Positions 9,834 to 19,974 of a stretch of 64,000 bases of DNA are shown here, in pieces. The position numbers were made by a program, and so were the translations under genes. The notes below the pieces were generated by a model that did not search any database, was not told the DNA's origin, and saw only the letters and a program-made list of their open reading frames with translations. Numbering within the stretch: position 1 is the stretch's first letter; every line of letters begins with the position of its first letter. Source of the DNA: Muribaculaceae bacterium (GTDB lineage Bacteria; Bacteroidota; Bacteroidia; Bacteroidales; Muribaculaceae); the NCBI GenBank assembly GCA_009775125.1, contig VSPD01000005.1:6071-70070 (forward strand), given 5' to 3'.

Positions 9834-10502
9834 TCAGTCCTTTATCTCGTGTTTTTTGAAAGCATTGTAGAGGATTACGCCGACACATATCAAAAGGATT
9901 GCGAGGCCGGCATATGTGAGGTAGGTATTGTAATGCTCAACCTGCTCGATGAGGTGGTCGAGGGGCACGAACTGTGCCAGCCACCATCCGAGAGCGGCAA
10001 GAATACCGTTCCACACCAACGCGCCGAGAGACGTAAACACGCAGAATGTGCCGATGTTCATTTTCGCCAGACCGGCGGGAATGGATATAAGCTGGCGCAC
10101 GGCAGGAATCAACCGGCCCACGAATGTGGATATTGCGCCGTGGTCGTCGAAATAACGTTCGGCTTTTTCCACTTTCTGCTGATTGATAAGACACGCATGG
10201 CCAACGCGGGAATTAGCGAAAGCATACACCACGGGGCGTCCGATCCACAGCGAGAGGAAGTAATTGACCAAAGCGCCGACAAGAGCGCCGGCTGTGGCCA
10301 CTACCACCACCATGAATACATTCATGTCGCCACGTTGGGCCGCAAGATAAGCGGCCGGCGGCACCACCAGCTCCGACGGAAAGGGTATGAACGAACTTTC
10401 AATCACCATGAATATGAACACGAACCAATAGTTGGCGTTCTCTACAAACCAGTTAAAAAACGTAGTGGCATCGAAAAGAGCCAGCGGAATCATCAAATCC
10501 AT
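9834..10502 (-). CDS. DedA family inner-membrane protein
   Basis: 222 aa with multiple TM segments. The motif VIESSFIPFPSELVVPPAAY is typical of the DedA/SNARE-associated family. Confidence 0.8.
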   Translation of the reverse strand: MDLMIPLALFDATTFFNWFVENANYWFVFIFMVIESSFIPFPSELVVPPAAYLAAQRGDMNVFMVVVVATAGALVGALVNYFLSLWIGRPVVYAFANSRVGHACLINQQKVEKAERYFDDHGAISTFVGRLIPAVRQLISIPAGLAKMNIGTFCVFTSLGALVWNGILAALGWWLAQFVPLDHLIEQVEHYNTYLTYAGLAILLICVGVILYNAFKKHEIKD

Positions 10503-10971
10503 AATTTATCAGTTTTGCACAGCCGGACAGTCCCCGGCATATAGGGTGCAAAAGTACGAAATAATTTCGATAATAGCCCACACATCACAGGTAAAAAATT
10601 TGACAAATATTCCTATTATAAAGAAAAATAGGCGCGCCTTCGCGGCGAACCTATCGATCCATTATGTTATTTCTTTTATTTATATTATCAATTATCGACC
10701 GTAAAGCCGGCAAATAATATAAAATCCATTTGTCATATGCGTTATATGGCCTTTGGAGCCTGAAAATAACATAATCCTAAATAATCCTAAATTAAATTTT
10801 GTGCAAAGATACAAATTTTGCCGCTACTTTTTGGCTTTTTATCTTAAAATTGCTAAATTTCACCATAAAATTAACATTTACTAACACACATATGCAATAT
10901 ATTCGCCCATAAAAACACCGAACTTTGCGTTGCAAACAAAACCAAGACATAAACTTAATATCTCTTCTGTC

Positions 10972-11193
10972 ATGAACAACCCTGTTATCCTTTCTTCACG
11001 TGTGATCGACACCATCAACTCTCTGCCCGAAACCGAACGCATCGCCGTGGCAAGCGCAATCTCGGCACAACTCATTCTCGGCGCCGACGCCTCATCGGCT
11101 CTCTCCCCGATCGAGAATATGCTTTTCTCGATGATCTGCTCCTATGTGCGCCACGACACAGCACAATACGAACGGATAATGACAAATTACTAA
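10972..11193 (+). CDS. Hypothetical small protein
   Basis: ATG at 10972 (MNNPVILSSRVIDTINSLPETERIAVASA...) follows a roughly 470-bp AT-rich gap. No recognisable domain. Confidence 0.3.
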   Translation: MNNPVILSSRVIDTINSLPETERIAVASAISAQLILGADASSALSPIENMLFSMICSYVRHDTAQYERIMTNY

Positions 11194-11275
11194 TGACAAA
11201 TTGTCGCTTATATCGCTTATGTCGTTAATGTCGCTTATGTCGCAAAAAAATTTCTAACTTCTCAACTTCCCAACT

Positions 11276-11617
11276 ATGAAAGACACGGTAAATTTTCGCC
11301 CCGAGTGGCTCGACGCCCTCAGCGCATGTTCAGCAAAAGTGCAAATGGATATAATTTCGGCAATAGTGCGCTGGCAATCGGAGGGCGTAATGCCCGATTT
11401 CAAAGGCATGAAAATGGCACTCTTCCTTTTCCTGAAAGCCGACTTGGAAAAGGCGCAGGCCGACGGACAACCGGAAGCCGAGGCGGACACCGACACGACC
11501 GAGGCCAAGACCGCCGCGACAGCTGCGGCCCGGCCCGGCCATGCCGCCCTGCCACGGCACAAGCAAATGCCGGGGCAATACTACGGCCGCGATACAGGCG
11601 CCGCGGCCACGGCTTAG
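11276..11617 (+). CDS. Hypothetical small protein with low-complexity Ala/Thr/Glu tail
   Basis: ATG is preceded by the G-poor leader ACTTCTCAACTTCCCAACT. The N-terminal 60 aa look protein-like. The tail is compositionally biased, so the true stop or extent is uncertain. Confidence 0.3.
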   Translation: MKDTVNFRPEWLDALSACSAKVQMDIISAIVRWQSEGVMPDFKGMKMALFLFLKADLEKAQADGQPEAEADTDTTEAKTAATAAARPGHAALPRHKQMPGQYYGRDTGAAATA

Positions 11618-11708
11618 AGACGCCTGTGTTAAAATTTCTTAATTCATATCCGGCCCGCATTTGAGACGGTGGCTTTTTCGTAATTTTGTAGATAAAACCG
11701 AAATTACC

Positions 11709-13139
11709 ATGACTGAATTTCTAATTGCGGCGGCTGTGCTCATAGGCGGATATTTCGTCTACGGCGCCCTTATGGAGAGAATCTTCGGCATAAGGCCGAA
11801 AAACATTACGCCGGCCTACTCAAAAGCCGACGGTGTGGACTATATCGCGCTGCCCACATGGAAGGTGTTCCTCATACAGTTTCTCAACATTGCAGGTCTT
11901 GGTCCTATTTTCGGTGCCATAATGGGCGTGATGTTCGGCCCGGCGGCATTCCTGTGGATTGTATTCGGCACGATTTTCGCCGGTGCCGTCCACGACTATT
12001 TCTCGGGCATGATATCGTTGCGTTCCGGCGGCGCGTCGCTTCCCGAGGTTGTGGGGCGAGAGCTCGGCAACGGAGTGAAACAGGTGATGCGCTTCTGGTC
12101 GGTGATATTGCTCATCCTTGTGGGCGCGGTGTTTGTAGTGAGTCCGGCCGGACTGCTCGACGGCATGACGCCCGCTGCCCTTGACAAGACATTCTGGATT
12201 GCCGCGATATTCGGTTATTACATTCTTGCCACACTCCTGCCCATCGACAAGCTCATCGGCAACCTCTACCCCATTTTCGGCCTCGCCCTGCTCTTTATGG
12301 CGGCCGGACTGTTTGCAATCCTCGTATTCGGAGGCCACGACATCCCGACAGGCTTTTCCGACGGACTGGCATCGCGCCAAAGCGACGGAGCCCATCCCAT
12401 ATTCCCCATGATGTTTGTGTCGATAGCCTGCGGAGCCATCTCCGGCTTCCACGCCACGCAATCGCCCATGATGGCGCGCTGCCTCAAAAACGAGCGGCTG
12501 GCCCGTCCGATTTTTTACGGAGCAATGGTGGCCGAAGGACTGGTAGCCCTTATCTGGGCCGCAGCCGCGATAGCGTTTACCGGCGGCTACCCCCACTTGC
12601 AGGCATATATGGCCGACCATGGCGCCAACGCCGGCGAACTCGTGAATGAAATATCCATGACATGGCTCGGCACATTCGGCGGCATCCTCGCCCTGCTTGG
12701 CGTGGTGATGGCCCCGATCACCACCGGCGACACGGCTCTGCGCTCGTCGCGCCTGATTGTGGCCGACTTCCTGCATATCGACCAGAAAAAAATAATAAAA
12801 CGCCTGCTGGTGTCGCTGCCTATATTCGTGTTATGCTTCCTGGTGATGTGCATCGACTTCAACGTGCTTTGGCGGTATTTCGCCTGGTGCAACCAGACGC
12901 TCGCCGTGTTCACGCTCTGGGCCATAACCGTGTGGCTCGCGCGCCACGGCAAGGCATATATCGTGACGCTGCTTCCGGCCATGTTTATGACCGCCGTGTC
13001 GGTGTCTTATTTGCTTTTTGCACGCCGCCCCGAAGGCTTCGGGCTTCCCTGGGGCCTCGCAACAGGCATAGGGTGCGCCGTAGCCGTGGGGCTGCTCATC
13101 CTTTTTGCAGCAAAAAAGAAAAAACTCATCAAACATTGA
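11709..13139 (+). CDS. cstA: Carbon starvation protein A (CstA family peptide/pyruvate transporter)
   Basis: ATG at 11709. MTEFLIAAAVLIGGYFVYGALMERIFG...FLIQFLNIAGLGPIFGAIMG...HDYFSGM; multi-TM with the CstA N-terminal signature. Confidence 0.9.
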   Translation: MTEFLIAAAVLIGGYFVYGALMERIFGIRPKNITPAYSKADGVDYIALPTWKVFLIQFLNIAGLGPIFGAIMGVMFGPAAFLWIVFGTIFAGAVHDYFSGMISLRSGGASLPEVVGRELGNGVKQVMRFWSVILLILVGAVFVVSPAGLLDGMTPAALDKTFWIAAIFGYYILATLLPIDKLIGNLYPIFGLALLFMAAGLFAILVFGGHDIPTGFSDGLASRQSDGAHPIFPMMFVSIACGAISGFHATQSPMMARCLKNERLARPIFYGAMVAEGLVALIWAAAAIAFTGGYPHLQAYMADHGANAGELVNEISMTWLGTFGGILALLGVVMAPITTGDTALRSSRLIVADFLHIDQKKIIKRLLVSLPIFVLCFLVMCIDFNVLWRYFAWCNQTLAVFTLWAITVWLARHGKAYIVTLLPAMFMTAVSVSYLLFARRPEGFGLPWGLATGIGCAVAVGLLILFAAKKKKLIKH

Positions 13140-13140
13140 C

Positions 13141-13950
13141 ATGTTTTCCGAAATCATAAAAGAAATAGGCGCGGACACGCTTTACAACCTCCACAGCCAT
13201 ACACAATTCTGCGACGGCCATGCGCCTATGGAGGATTTTGCCCGCGAGGCGGCATCGCGCGGCTTCAAGGTGTACGCTTTCACGCCCCATTCGCCCGTGC
13301 GCGAGCCCAACGGCTGCAACATGCCGGCCGACAGCCTGCCGGCATATTTCGCCGAGGTGGAGCGCATCCGCCGCCTATATCCGCAGGTGCATTTCCTCGC
13401 AGGCATGGAGATAGACTATATCGACGGCGAGCTCAACGCCGCCTCTGATTTATTCACCTCGCTTCCTCTCGATTTCAAGATAAGTTCCGTGCATTTCATT
13501 CCCAACCAGGACGGCCGGCTCGTCGACATCGACGGACGCCCCGACCGCTTCTGCGCCCACTTGCACGAATTTTTCCGCGACGACCTGCGATATGTTGTCG
13601 ACACATATTTCGACCGCTCCGAGCAGATGCTCGCCACGGGCGGGTTCGACATTATCGGGCATTTCGACAAGGTGAAGCGCAACGCATCCGCCGTCGACCC
13701 CGACATCGAGTCGCGGCCTTGGTACCGTGAACGTCTCGACCGCCTCACCGACCTTATCATTGCATCGGGCGTGGCCGTAGAGATAAACACCAAGCACTAC
13801 GCCTCCGACGGCATCTTCTATCCCGCTCCGCGCCTGTGGCGCCGGCTGCGCGACGCCGGAGTGACCATCGTCGTAAATTCCGACGCACACGACCCGCATG
13901 CCATCGACGCATCGCGGGCAGAGGCCTTCTCATTATTAAATTCATTATAG
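13141..13950 (+). CDS. PHP-family histidinol-phosphatase-like hydrolase
   Basis: ATG at 13141, 2 nt after the cstA stop. PHP metal motifs are present: LHSHTQFCDGHA, FTPHSP, IGHFD, NSDAHD. Confidence 0.75.
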   Translation: MFSEIIKEIGADTLYNLHSHTQFCDGHAPMEDFAREAASRGFKVYAFTPHSPVREPNGCNMPADSLPAYFAEVERIRRLYPQVHFLAGMEIDYIDGELNAASDLFTSLPLDFKISSVHFIPNQDGRLVDIDGRPDRFCAHLHEFFRDDLRYVVDTYFDRSEQMLATGGFDIIGHFDKVKRNASAVDPDIESRPWYRERLDRLTDLIIASGVAVEINTKHYASDGIFYPAPRLWRRLRDAGVTIVVNSDAHDPHAIDASRAEAFSLLNSL

Positions 13951-13952
13951 AT

Positions 13953-14009
13953 AGGAACACAAGCCTCCGGCTAGTGAAAATTTACCACAAGCCGGAGGCT
14001 TGTGTTCCT
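13953..14009. repeat. REP-B doublet (inverted pair of AGGAACACAAGCC-TCC-GGCTWGTG units)
   Basis: 13953-13976 and 13986-14009 are reverse complements of one another apart from one base. Each unit is itself a hairpin. The doublet sits between the PHP phosphatase stop and the priA start. Confidence 0.9.
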
Positions 14010-14025
14010 GCAACCGATAATAAAC

Positions 14026-16536
14026 ATGCTTCCTACCGAATATATCGAAGTGGCGCTGCCGGTGCCGATTCAAGGCACATTCACCTACCATGTGCCCGAG
14101 GACATGCGTCGCAACCTCACCATCGGCAGCCGCGTGGTGGTGACTTTCGGTCGCCGGCGCAATTTCTACACCGGCATCGTGGCCGCCTACCAGCCCGTGG
14201 CACCCACCGAATATGAGGTGAAGGACATAGTGCATGTGCCCGACACCGCGCCCGTGCTGCGCCATCCACAGCTCAAACTCTGGGAATGGGTGGCCGAATA
14301 CTATCTTTGTTCGCTCGGCGACATACTCCGAGCTGCCCTGCCCCCGGGGCTGAAAATCGAGAGCGACACCAAATTTGAGCTGAACCCCGACTTTGAGGCC
14401 GACCCCGACACAAGAGTTTCCGACCGCGAGGTGGCCGTCGTGGAGCTTCTCACATCGCAGGGACGGCTGTCGGCGCGAGAAATCGAGAAAGCGACAGGCT
14501 TCACCAACATAGCCAAACTCATGACCACGATGTCGACCCGCGGGTCGGTGATTCTGTCGGAAACTATCTCCGAGCGGTTCAGGCCCAAGACAGAGAAATT
14601 TGTGCGCATAGCCTATCCGCGCTTCGACTCCGAAGCCGCCGCCGTGGCCTTTGCCAAGGTAAAAGGGGCCCCAAAACAAGAGCAAATGCTCCTGAGCCTG
14701 ATCCATCTGTCGGATTTCAACATGCGCGACCGCGAGGTGAAGGAAGTGACCCCGGCGGCATTGGTCGAGACATCGAAAACCTCATCGGCCACAATCAAAG
14801 CCCTTGTCGACAAAGGCATCGTAGAGCGTTACAGCCGCGAAATCTCACGATTCAAATACGCCGGAACACCCACCGGACTGCCAACCCTGTCGGAAGCGCA
14901 GCAGACTGCCGCCAACGCCATACACAAGACTTTTATCGAGAAAGCCACGGTGCTCCTCCACGGGGTGTCGTCGTCGGGCAAAACCGAAGTCTACGCCCAT
15001 ATCATCGACCGCGCCCTGCGCGAGGGCAAGCAGGTGCTGTATCTCGTGCCCGAAATCGCACTCACCACTCAGCTCACACAGCGGCTGCAAGCCATGTTCG
15101 GCGAGCGCGTGGTGGTGTACCATTCCAAATTCTCCAACAACGAGCGCGTAGAGCTTTGGCTCCGGCTGCTCCACACATCCGAGCCGCTTGTAGTGGTGGG
15201 TACCCGCGCCGCCGTGTTCCTGCCGTTTGCCACTCTTGGACTTGTTGTTGTAGACGAGGAGCACGACACGTCATTCAAGCAATTCGACCCCGCTCCGCGT
15301 TATAACGCGCGTGACACGGCCATGGTGCTCGCGCGTCTTCACGGAGCCAAGACCCTGCTGGGCTCGGCCACACCGTCGGTAGAGACATATTACAAGGCCC
15401 TTACCGGCAAATTCGGACTCGTCACTCTTTCCGAGCGATACGGCAACTCCGAGCCGCCGGCCATCTCTATCGTCGACCTTGCCAACGCCCGACGCCAGAA
15501 GCAGGTACACGGCTCCTTCGCCGCCGAGACAATCGGGGCGATAAGGCGCACCGTCGAGGGCGGCAACCAGGCCATCGTGTTTCACAACCGCCGCGGATTT
15601 GCACCAATGGCCCGTTGCACCAAATGCCAATATATACCCAAATGCAAATATTGCGACGTGTCGCTCACCTACCATCGGCGAGCCGACGCGCTGATATGCC
15701 ACTACTGCGGCACCCAGTATCCGATGCCCGACGTGTGCCCGGCCTGCAAAGAGCCGGCAATAGAAATTGTAGGCTACGGCACCGAGCGCGTCGAAGACGA
15801 GGTGGAGGAAATATTTCCGGATGCCAAAATCCTGCGCATGGACACCGACACCACACGCCGCAAGACTGCTCACCAACGCATTATCGACGATTTCTCGGGC
15901 CATGCCGCCGACATACTCGTAGGCACGCAGATGGTGACGAAAGGCCTCGACTTCGACCGTGTGGCCACCGTGGCCGTGGTAAATGCCGACTCTATCGTGC
16001 ACATGCCCGATTTCCGTTCGGCCGAGCGAGCCTTCAACCTTTTCACCCAGCTGCGCGGACGCGCCGGCCGACGCGCCGACGTGGCCGGCCGCATGCTCCT
16101 GCAAGTGGCGGATGTGAACCATCCGATCATCCCTATGGTGGCGCGCGGCGACTACCGGGCTTTTTACGACCATGAGATTGCCGAACGCGAGGCTTTCAAC
16201 TATCCGCCTTTCGCCCGCCTGATATATATCACGCTGAAACACCGCGACGAATTCAAACTCGACCTGCTCGCCGGAGCATATGCCGGACGTCTGCGCGAGC
16301 TGTTCGGCAACCGTGTGGCCGGCCCTGCCAAGCCGCCAATCAGCAAGATTCAGAATCTTTTCCTGCGTCGCATCATGCTGAAAGTGGAGCTAAACGCCTC
16401 CATGTCGAAAATCAAGGAAATACTCCGCGACCTCCAACGCGCCTTGCAGCATCCCGACGCGTTCCCGTCGAATCCGGCCTACACCCACCGCGATTTTCTC
16501 GCACTCGAAATCCACTACGATGTCGACCCCACCTAA
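14026..16536 (+). CDS. priA: Primosomal protein N' (replication restart helicase PriA)
   Basis: Walker A GVSSSGKTEVY, VVDEEHD box, and a Cys-rich zinc insertion CTKCQYIPKCKYCDVSLTYHRRADALICHYCG...CPACK. Confidence 0.92.
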   Translation: MLPTEYIEVALPVPIQGTFTYHVPEDMRRNLTIGSRVVVTFGRRRNFYTGIVAAYQPVAPTEYEVKDIVHVPDTAPVLRHPQLKLWEWVAEYYLCSLGDILRAALPPGLKIESDTKFELNPDFEADPDTRVSDREVAVVELLTSQGRLSAREIEKATGFTNIAKLMTTMSTRGSVILSETISERFRPKTEKFVRIAYPRFDSEAAAVAFAKVKGAPKQEQMLLSLIHLSDFNMRDREVKEVTPAALVETSKTSSATIKALVDKGIVERYSREISRFKYAGTPTGLPTLSEAQQTAANAIHKTFIEKATVLLHGVSSSGKTEVYAHIIDRALREGKQVLYLVPEIALTTQLTQRLQAMFGERVVVYHSKFSNNERVELWLRLLHTSEPLVVVGTRAAVFLPFATLGLVVVDEEHDTSFKQFDPAPRYNARDTAMVLARLHGAKTLLGSATPSVETYYKALTGKFGLVTLSERYGNSEPPAISIVDLANARRQKQVHGSFAAETIGAIRRTVEGGNQAIVFHNRRGFAPMARCTKCQYIPKCKYCDVSLTYHRRADALICHYCGTQYPMPDVCPACKEPAIEIVGYGTERVEDEVEEIFPDAKILRMDTDTTRRKTAHQRIIDDFSGHAADILVGTQMVTKGLDFDRVATVAVVNADSIVHMPDFRSAERAFNLFTQLRGRAGRRADVAGRMLLQVADVNHPIIPMVARGDYRAFYDHEIAEREAFNYPPFARLIYITLKHRDEFKLDLLAGAYAGRLRELFGNRVAGPAKPPISKIQNLFLRRIMLKVELNASMSKIKEILRDLQRALQHPDAFPSNPAYTHRDFLALEIHYDVDPT

Positions 16537-16550
16537 TGAAAGTATAATAA

Positions 16551-16576
16551 TGTAGGGACGCACGGCTCGTGCGTCC
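16551..16576 (+). repeat. REP-A single unit (TGTAGGGACGCACG-GCT-CGTGCGTCC)
   Basis: Exact match to the left units at 21968-21993 and 61638-61663. It has a 9-bp stem, a 3-nt loop and a 5' GTAG head. Confidence 0.9.
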
Positions 16577-16600
16577 GCCAAAAACATAAAGGATAAAACA

Positions 16601-17437
16601 ATGAAATACCGCATTTTATTTTTGGCCGGAGCGCTCTGTCTTGCCGGCTGCTCACAAAACAACGAAGACGAAAAGGCCGCGCGCGCCCTTATGGCGCAAG
16701 CCGAGGCCAATATCAACGACAACCGTCCGGAGCGCGCCATCGAATTGCTCGACAGCCTCGACCACGCCTATCCGGCCGAGACCGCAGTGCGCCGCGAGGC
16801 CATGTCGCTTCGCCCCAAGGCTATGGAACAAATTACAATTGCGCAGATAGCCGCCACCGACAGCATACTGCTCGCCGCACAGGCCGAAATCGAACGTCTT
16901 TCGCCCGAATTCAAGCACATTCCCGGCAACGGCCTCGAAGGCTACTATGTGTATGCCAAGGCTTATAATCCCAACTTTGTAAATGCCGCGCAGGCCGTGG
17001 AGCCTCGCGTCAACGATGCCAATTTCATGTTCTACATCGCCGCGCAAAATCGAGGAAAGGCTACCGGACTTAACGCCATAGCCATCACCGACCGCTCGGG
17101 AGCGACTTGCCGTTCGGAGGCGATTCCGGCGTCGAGCGCGCGCTTGGTGAATATCGAGGGCGCGGAAATGGCCTCGTTCCTGCCAGAGGAGGTGGATTCG
17201 CTTGGCCGCTGGTGCGCTGAGCGTCCTGAAAGCCTTGCGTCGGTGTCGCTCACTGGGCCGAAAGGAAGTATAAACATTAAACTAAACGCCGCTCAGGCCG
17301 AAGCCTACGCCGCCGCCTACCGTTTCGCCACGGCGCATCAGCGTCGCGCCTCGGGAGCCGTCGTCCGCGAAAAGCTCGACCGCCAGCTCCAGCTCACCCG
17401 CGAACAACAGGCGAGAGTAATGACGAATGAAGAATGA
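16601..17437 (+). CDS. Hypothetical lipoprotein (helical/TPR-like N-terminus)
   Basis: Lipobox LAGC in MKYRILFLAGALCLAGCSQ. 278 aa, no recognised catalytic motif. Confidence 0.6.
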   Translation: MKYRILFLAGALCLAGCSQNNEDEKAARALMAQAEANINDNRPERAIELLDSLDHAYPAETAVRREAMSLRPKAMEQITIAQIAATDSILLAAQAEIERLSPEFKHIPGNGLEGYYVYAKAYNPNFVNAAQAVEPRVNDANFMFYIAAQNRGKATGLNAIAITDRSGATCRSEAIPASSARLVNIEGAEMASFLPEEVDSLGRWCAERPESLASVSLTGPKGSINIKLNAAQAEAYAAAYRFATAHQRRASGAVVREKLDRQLQLTREQQARVMTNEE

Positions 17438-17509
17438 CGAATAATTAATGACAAATGACGAATGATTAATTTGTAATTAGTCATTCGTCATTAGTCATTA
17501 GTCATTATT

Positions 17510-19714
17510 TTAGTTGCTTCTGTCGACTTCTTTTACGCCTTTGACGGTGCGGAGTTTCTTGATAAGGTTTTTCAACGATGAGGTGTCGTTGACGCCCACC
17601 ACGAGGAAGCCCTGGAACAGGCCGTCGTTGGAATCAATCGAGATGCTGCGCAGCGTCACATCCTTTTCTTTTGTTATAATGGAAGTGATGTTGGTTACGA
17701 TGCCTATGTCGTCGTGACCAAGGATGCGGAGCGTGGCCGCGAATTGCGCCCCCACGCGTCCCGACCATTGCGTGCGGATGAGCCGCTCGGGATAGCGCGC
17801 GCGGATATGGGCGGCGTTGGGGCAGTCGCAACGGTGAATCTTTACCACGCCTTCCGACGATACGAAGCCGAACACATCGTCGCCGTAGATCGGGTTGCAG
17901 CATTTCGAGAATTTATAATTGAGCCCTTTGATGTTATTGTCAATCACAAGAATATCGTGGTTGAACGAATCATCATCGTCGATGCGCGGCTGCATCACAT
18001 ATTCCTCGGCCGACACCCTTTCCGATGTTTCGGCGGCGCGGTGCTCTATTTCGAGATATTTCTCGATTATGGTGTTGATATCGAGCTGTTCGGCATCGAT
18101 GGCGGTATAAAACTCGGTGGCCGTCTTGAAATTCAGTTTCTTGACAAGTTTGGCGAGTGTCGACTCATCAAGCTCAATCTTACGGTTTTTGAAACGCCGC
18201 TGGAGCAACTCCTTGCCCAGGTCGGCGCCGCGGCTTTCCTGCTCCTTGATGGCCACGCGGATTTTGTTGCGGGCCTTGGATGTGACGGTGAAGGCGAGCC
18301 AGTCGAGCTTAGGCCGCTGGTTGGGCGATGTAAGAATCTCCACGGTGTCGCCGGTGCGCAGCTTATAGTTCAATTTCTGGTTGCGCCCGTTGACACGGCC
18401 GCCGGTGCACTGGCAACCCAAGCCGGAGTGGATATTGAAGGCGAAGTCGAGCAGCGACGCGCCCATGGGCATCTTGTAGAGGTCGCCGCGTGGGGTGAAC
18501 ACAAACACCTCCTTGTCGTAGACGTCCATCTTGAAGTTTTTCATCAGCTCCATGGGGCCTGTCTCGGCAGTCTCGAGGATGTCGCGCACATTGTTCATCC
18601 ACTTGTCGAGATTGTTCTCGCTCTTTATGCCCTTGTATTTCCAGTGGGCGGCAAGGCCCTTCTCGGCAATCTCGTCCATGCGGCGCGTGCGTATCTGCAC
18701 CTCCACCCAGCGGCCGCCGGGACCGTGCACGGTGATGTGGAGCGACTCGTAGCCGTTGCTTTTCGGTATTGAAAGCCAGTCTTTGAGGCGGGCGGGATTT
18801 GGAGCGTACATGTCGGTGACGATCGAGTACACGAGCCAGCAGTCGGGCTTCTCGCGCTCGGGCGGCACGTCGAGTATGATGCGTATGGCGAAGAGGTCGT
18901 AGATATCCTCGACATCGTTTTTCTGCTTGCGCATCTTGTTCCATATCGAATATATGCTCTTGGTGCGTCCTTTCAGCTCAAACGCCAAGCCTTCGCGTTC
19001 GAGACGCTCGCGTATCGGCGCGATAAACTCGGCGATATATGCCTCGCGGGCCACCTTTGTCTGGTTGAGCTTGCGGGCAATCTCGGAATATTTCTCGCGG
19101 TCGGTGTATTTGAGCGACATGTCTTCGAGCTCGCCTTTTATCTTGTAGAGGCCAAGACGGTGGGCGAGCGGGGCGTAAAGATAGTTGGCCTCGTAGGCCA
19201 CATCGTGCACAAATTTTTCGTCGGGATGGTGATTGATAGCCCGCATCAGCACCAGACGGTCGACAATCATTATTATTATCACGCGAATATCCTTGGCGAA
19301 AGTGAGGAGGAGCTTTCGGAAATTGTCGCTTTCCATGGCAGCCTGCTTGCTGTAAAGTCGAGCCACCTTGCGAAGGCCGCCGAGGAGCGTCATCACGTCG
19401 TCGCCCCAAAGGCGAAGCAATTCATCGTCGGAGATAAAGTCGGTGCCGGTAAGGTTATAGAGCATCACGGCCAACACCATGTTGCGGTCGGGGCTTACCA
19501 TACGGCAGAGGGCAAGCGAGGTTTCCAGGCTGTGAATCACAGGATTTATGCCGTAGCGGTCGCGGCGGTAATGCCCTTTTCCGATGGCATCGGAAATCAT
19601 CGTCTTGACAAGCCCGAAATCGCCGTCGCGGATTATGCCGGCCACCTCGCGCATAAGGTCGCGCACAAGAGCCGGCGCCTTCACAACTTCGTTTTCGTCA
19701 AAATATCGTTCCAT
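17510..19714 (-). CDS. RelA/SpoT-family (p)ppGpp synthetase/hydrolase
   Basis: 734 aa. It has the synthetase core (GRTKSIYSIWNKMRKQ...YDLFAIRIIL...YESLHITV...VEVQIRT), then a TGS region and a C-terminal ACT-like region. Confidence 0.9.
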   Translation of the reverse strand: MERYFDENEVVKAPALVRDLMREVAGIIRDGDFGLVKTMISDAIGKGHYRRDRYGINPVIHSLETSLALCRMVSPDRNMVLAVMLYNLTGTDFISDDELLRLWGDDVMTLLGGLRKVARLYSKQAAMESDNFRKLLLTFAKDIRVIIIMIVDRLVLMRAINHHPDEKFVHDVAYEANYLYAPLAHRLGLYKIKGELEDMSLKYTDREKYSEIARKLNQTKVAREAYIAEFIAPIRERLEREGLAFELKGRTKSIYSIWNKMRKQKNDVEDIYDLFAIRIILDVPPEREKPDCWLVYSIVTDMYAPNPARLKDWLSIPKSNGYESLHITVHGPGGRWVEVQIRTRRMDEIAEKGLAAHWKYKGIKSENNLDKWMNNVRDILETAETGPMELMKNFKMDVYDKEVFVFTPRGDLYKMPMGASLLDFAFNIHSGLGCQCTGGRVNGRNQKLNYKLRTGDTVEILTSPNQRPKLDWLAFTVTSKARNKIRVAIKEQESRGADLGKELLQRRFKNRKIELDESTLAKLVKKLNFKTATEFYTAIDAEQLDINTIIEKYLEIEHRAAETSERVSAEEYVMQPRIDDDDSFNHDILVIDNNIKGLNYKFSKCCNPIYGDDVFGFVSSEGVVKIHRCDCPNAAHIRARYPERLIRTQWSGRVGAQFAATLRILGHDDIGIVTNITSIITKEKDVTLRSISIDSNDGLFQGFLVVGVNDTSSLKNLIKKLRTVKGVKEVDRSN

Positions 19715-19883
19715 TTGTACCTATCGTTATACACTTGAATGATTAATTCACAAAATTACAACAAAAATTCCACAAACCAAACAAAAAACACGTCGTTTTG
19801 ACGTAAAAACGCGTCCGATGCCGAGCACCGGCCTCTTTCAGAACATTTTTTCCATGAAAATTTTCGGCAAATTAAAAAAATAT

Positions 19884-19915
19884 TTTGTGGGATTGCGAAA
19901 AAAATTATAACTTTG
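19884..19915 (+). promoter_or_regulatory. Bacteroidetes sigma-A type promoter (-33 TTTG / -7 TAACTTTG) for clpP-clpX
   Basis: TTTG at 19884-19887 and TAACTTTG at 19908-19915, 20 nt apart, about 60 nt upstream of the clpP ATG. This matches the TTTG-N19-21-TAnnTTTG consensus. Confidence 0.6.
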
Positions 19916-19974
19916 AATTATAAACACAATAGAAAGACAAGTTTCCAGAATAAAATCAGTAACAACAACCCATT

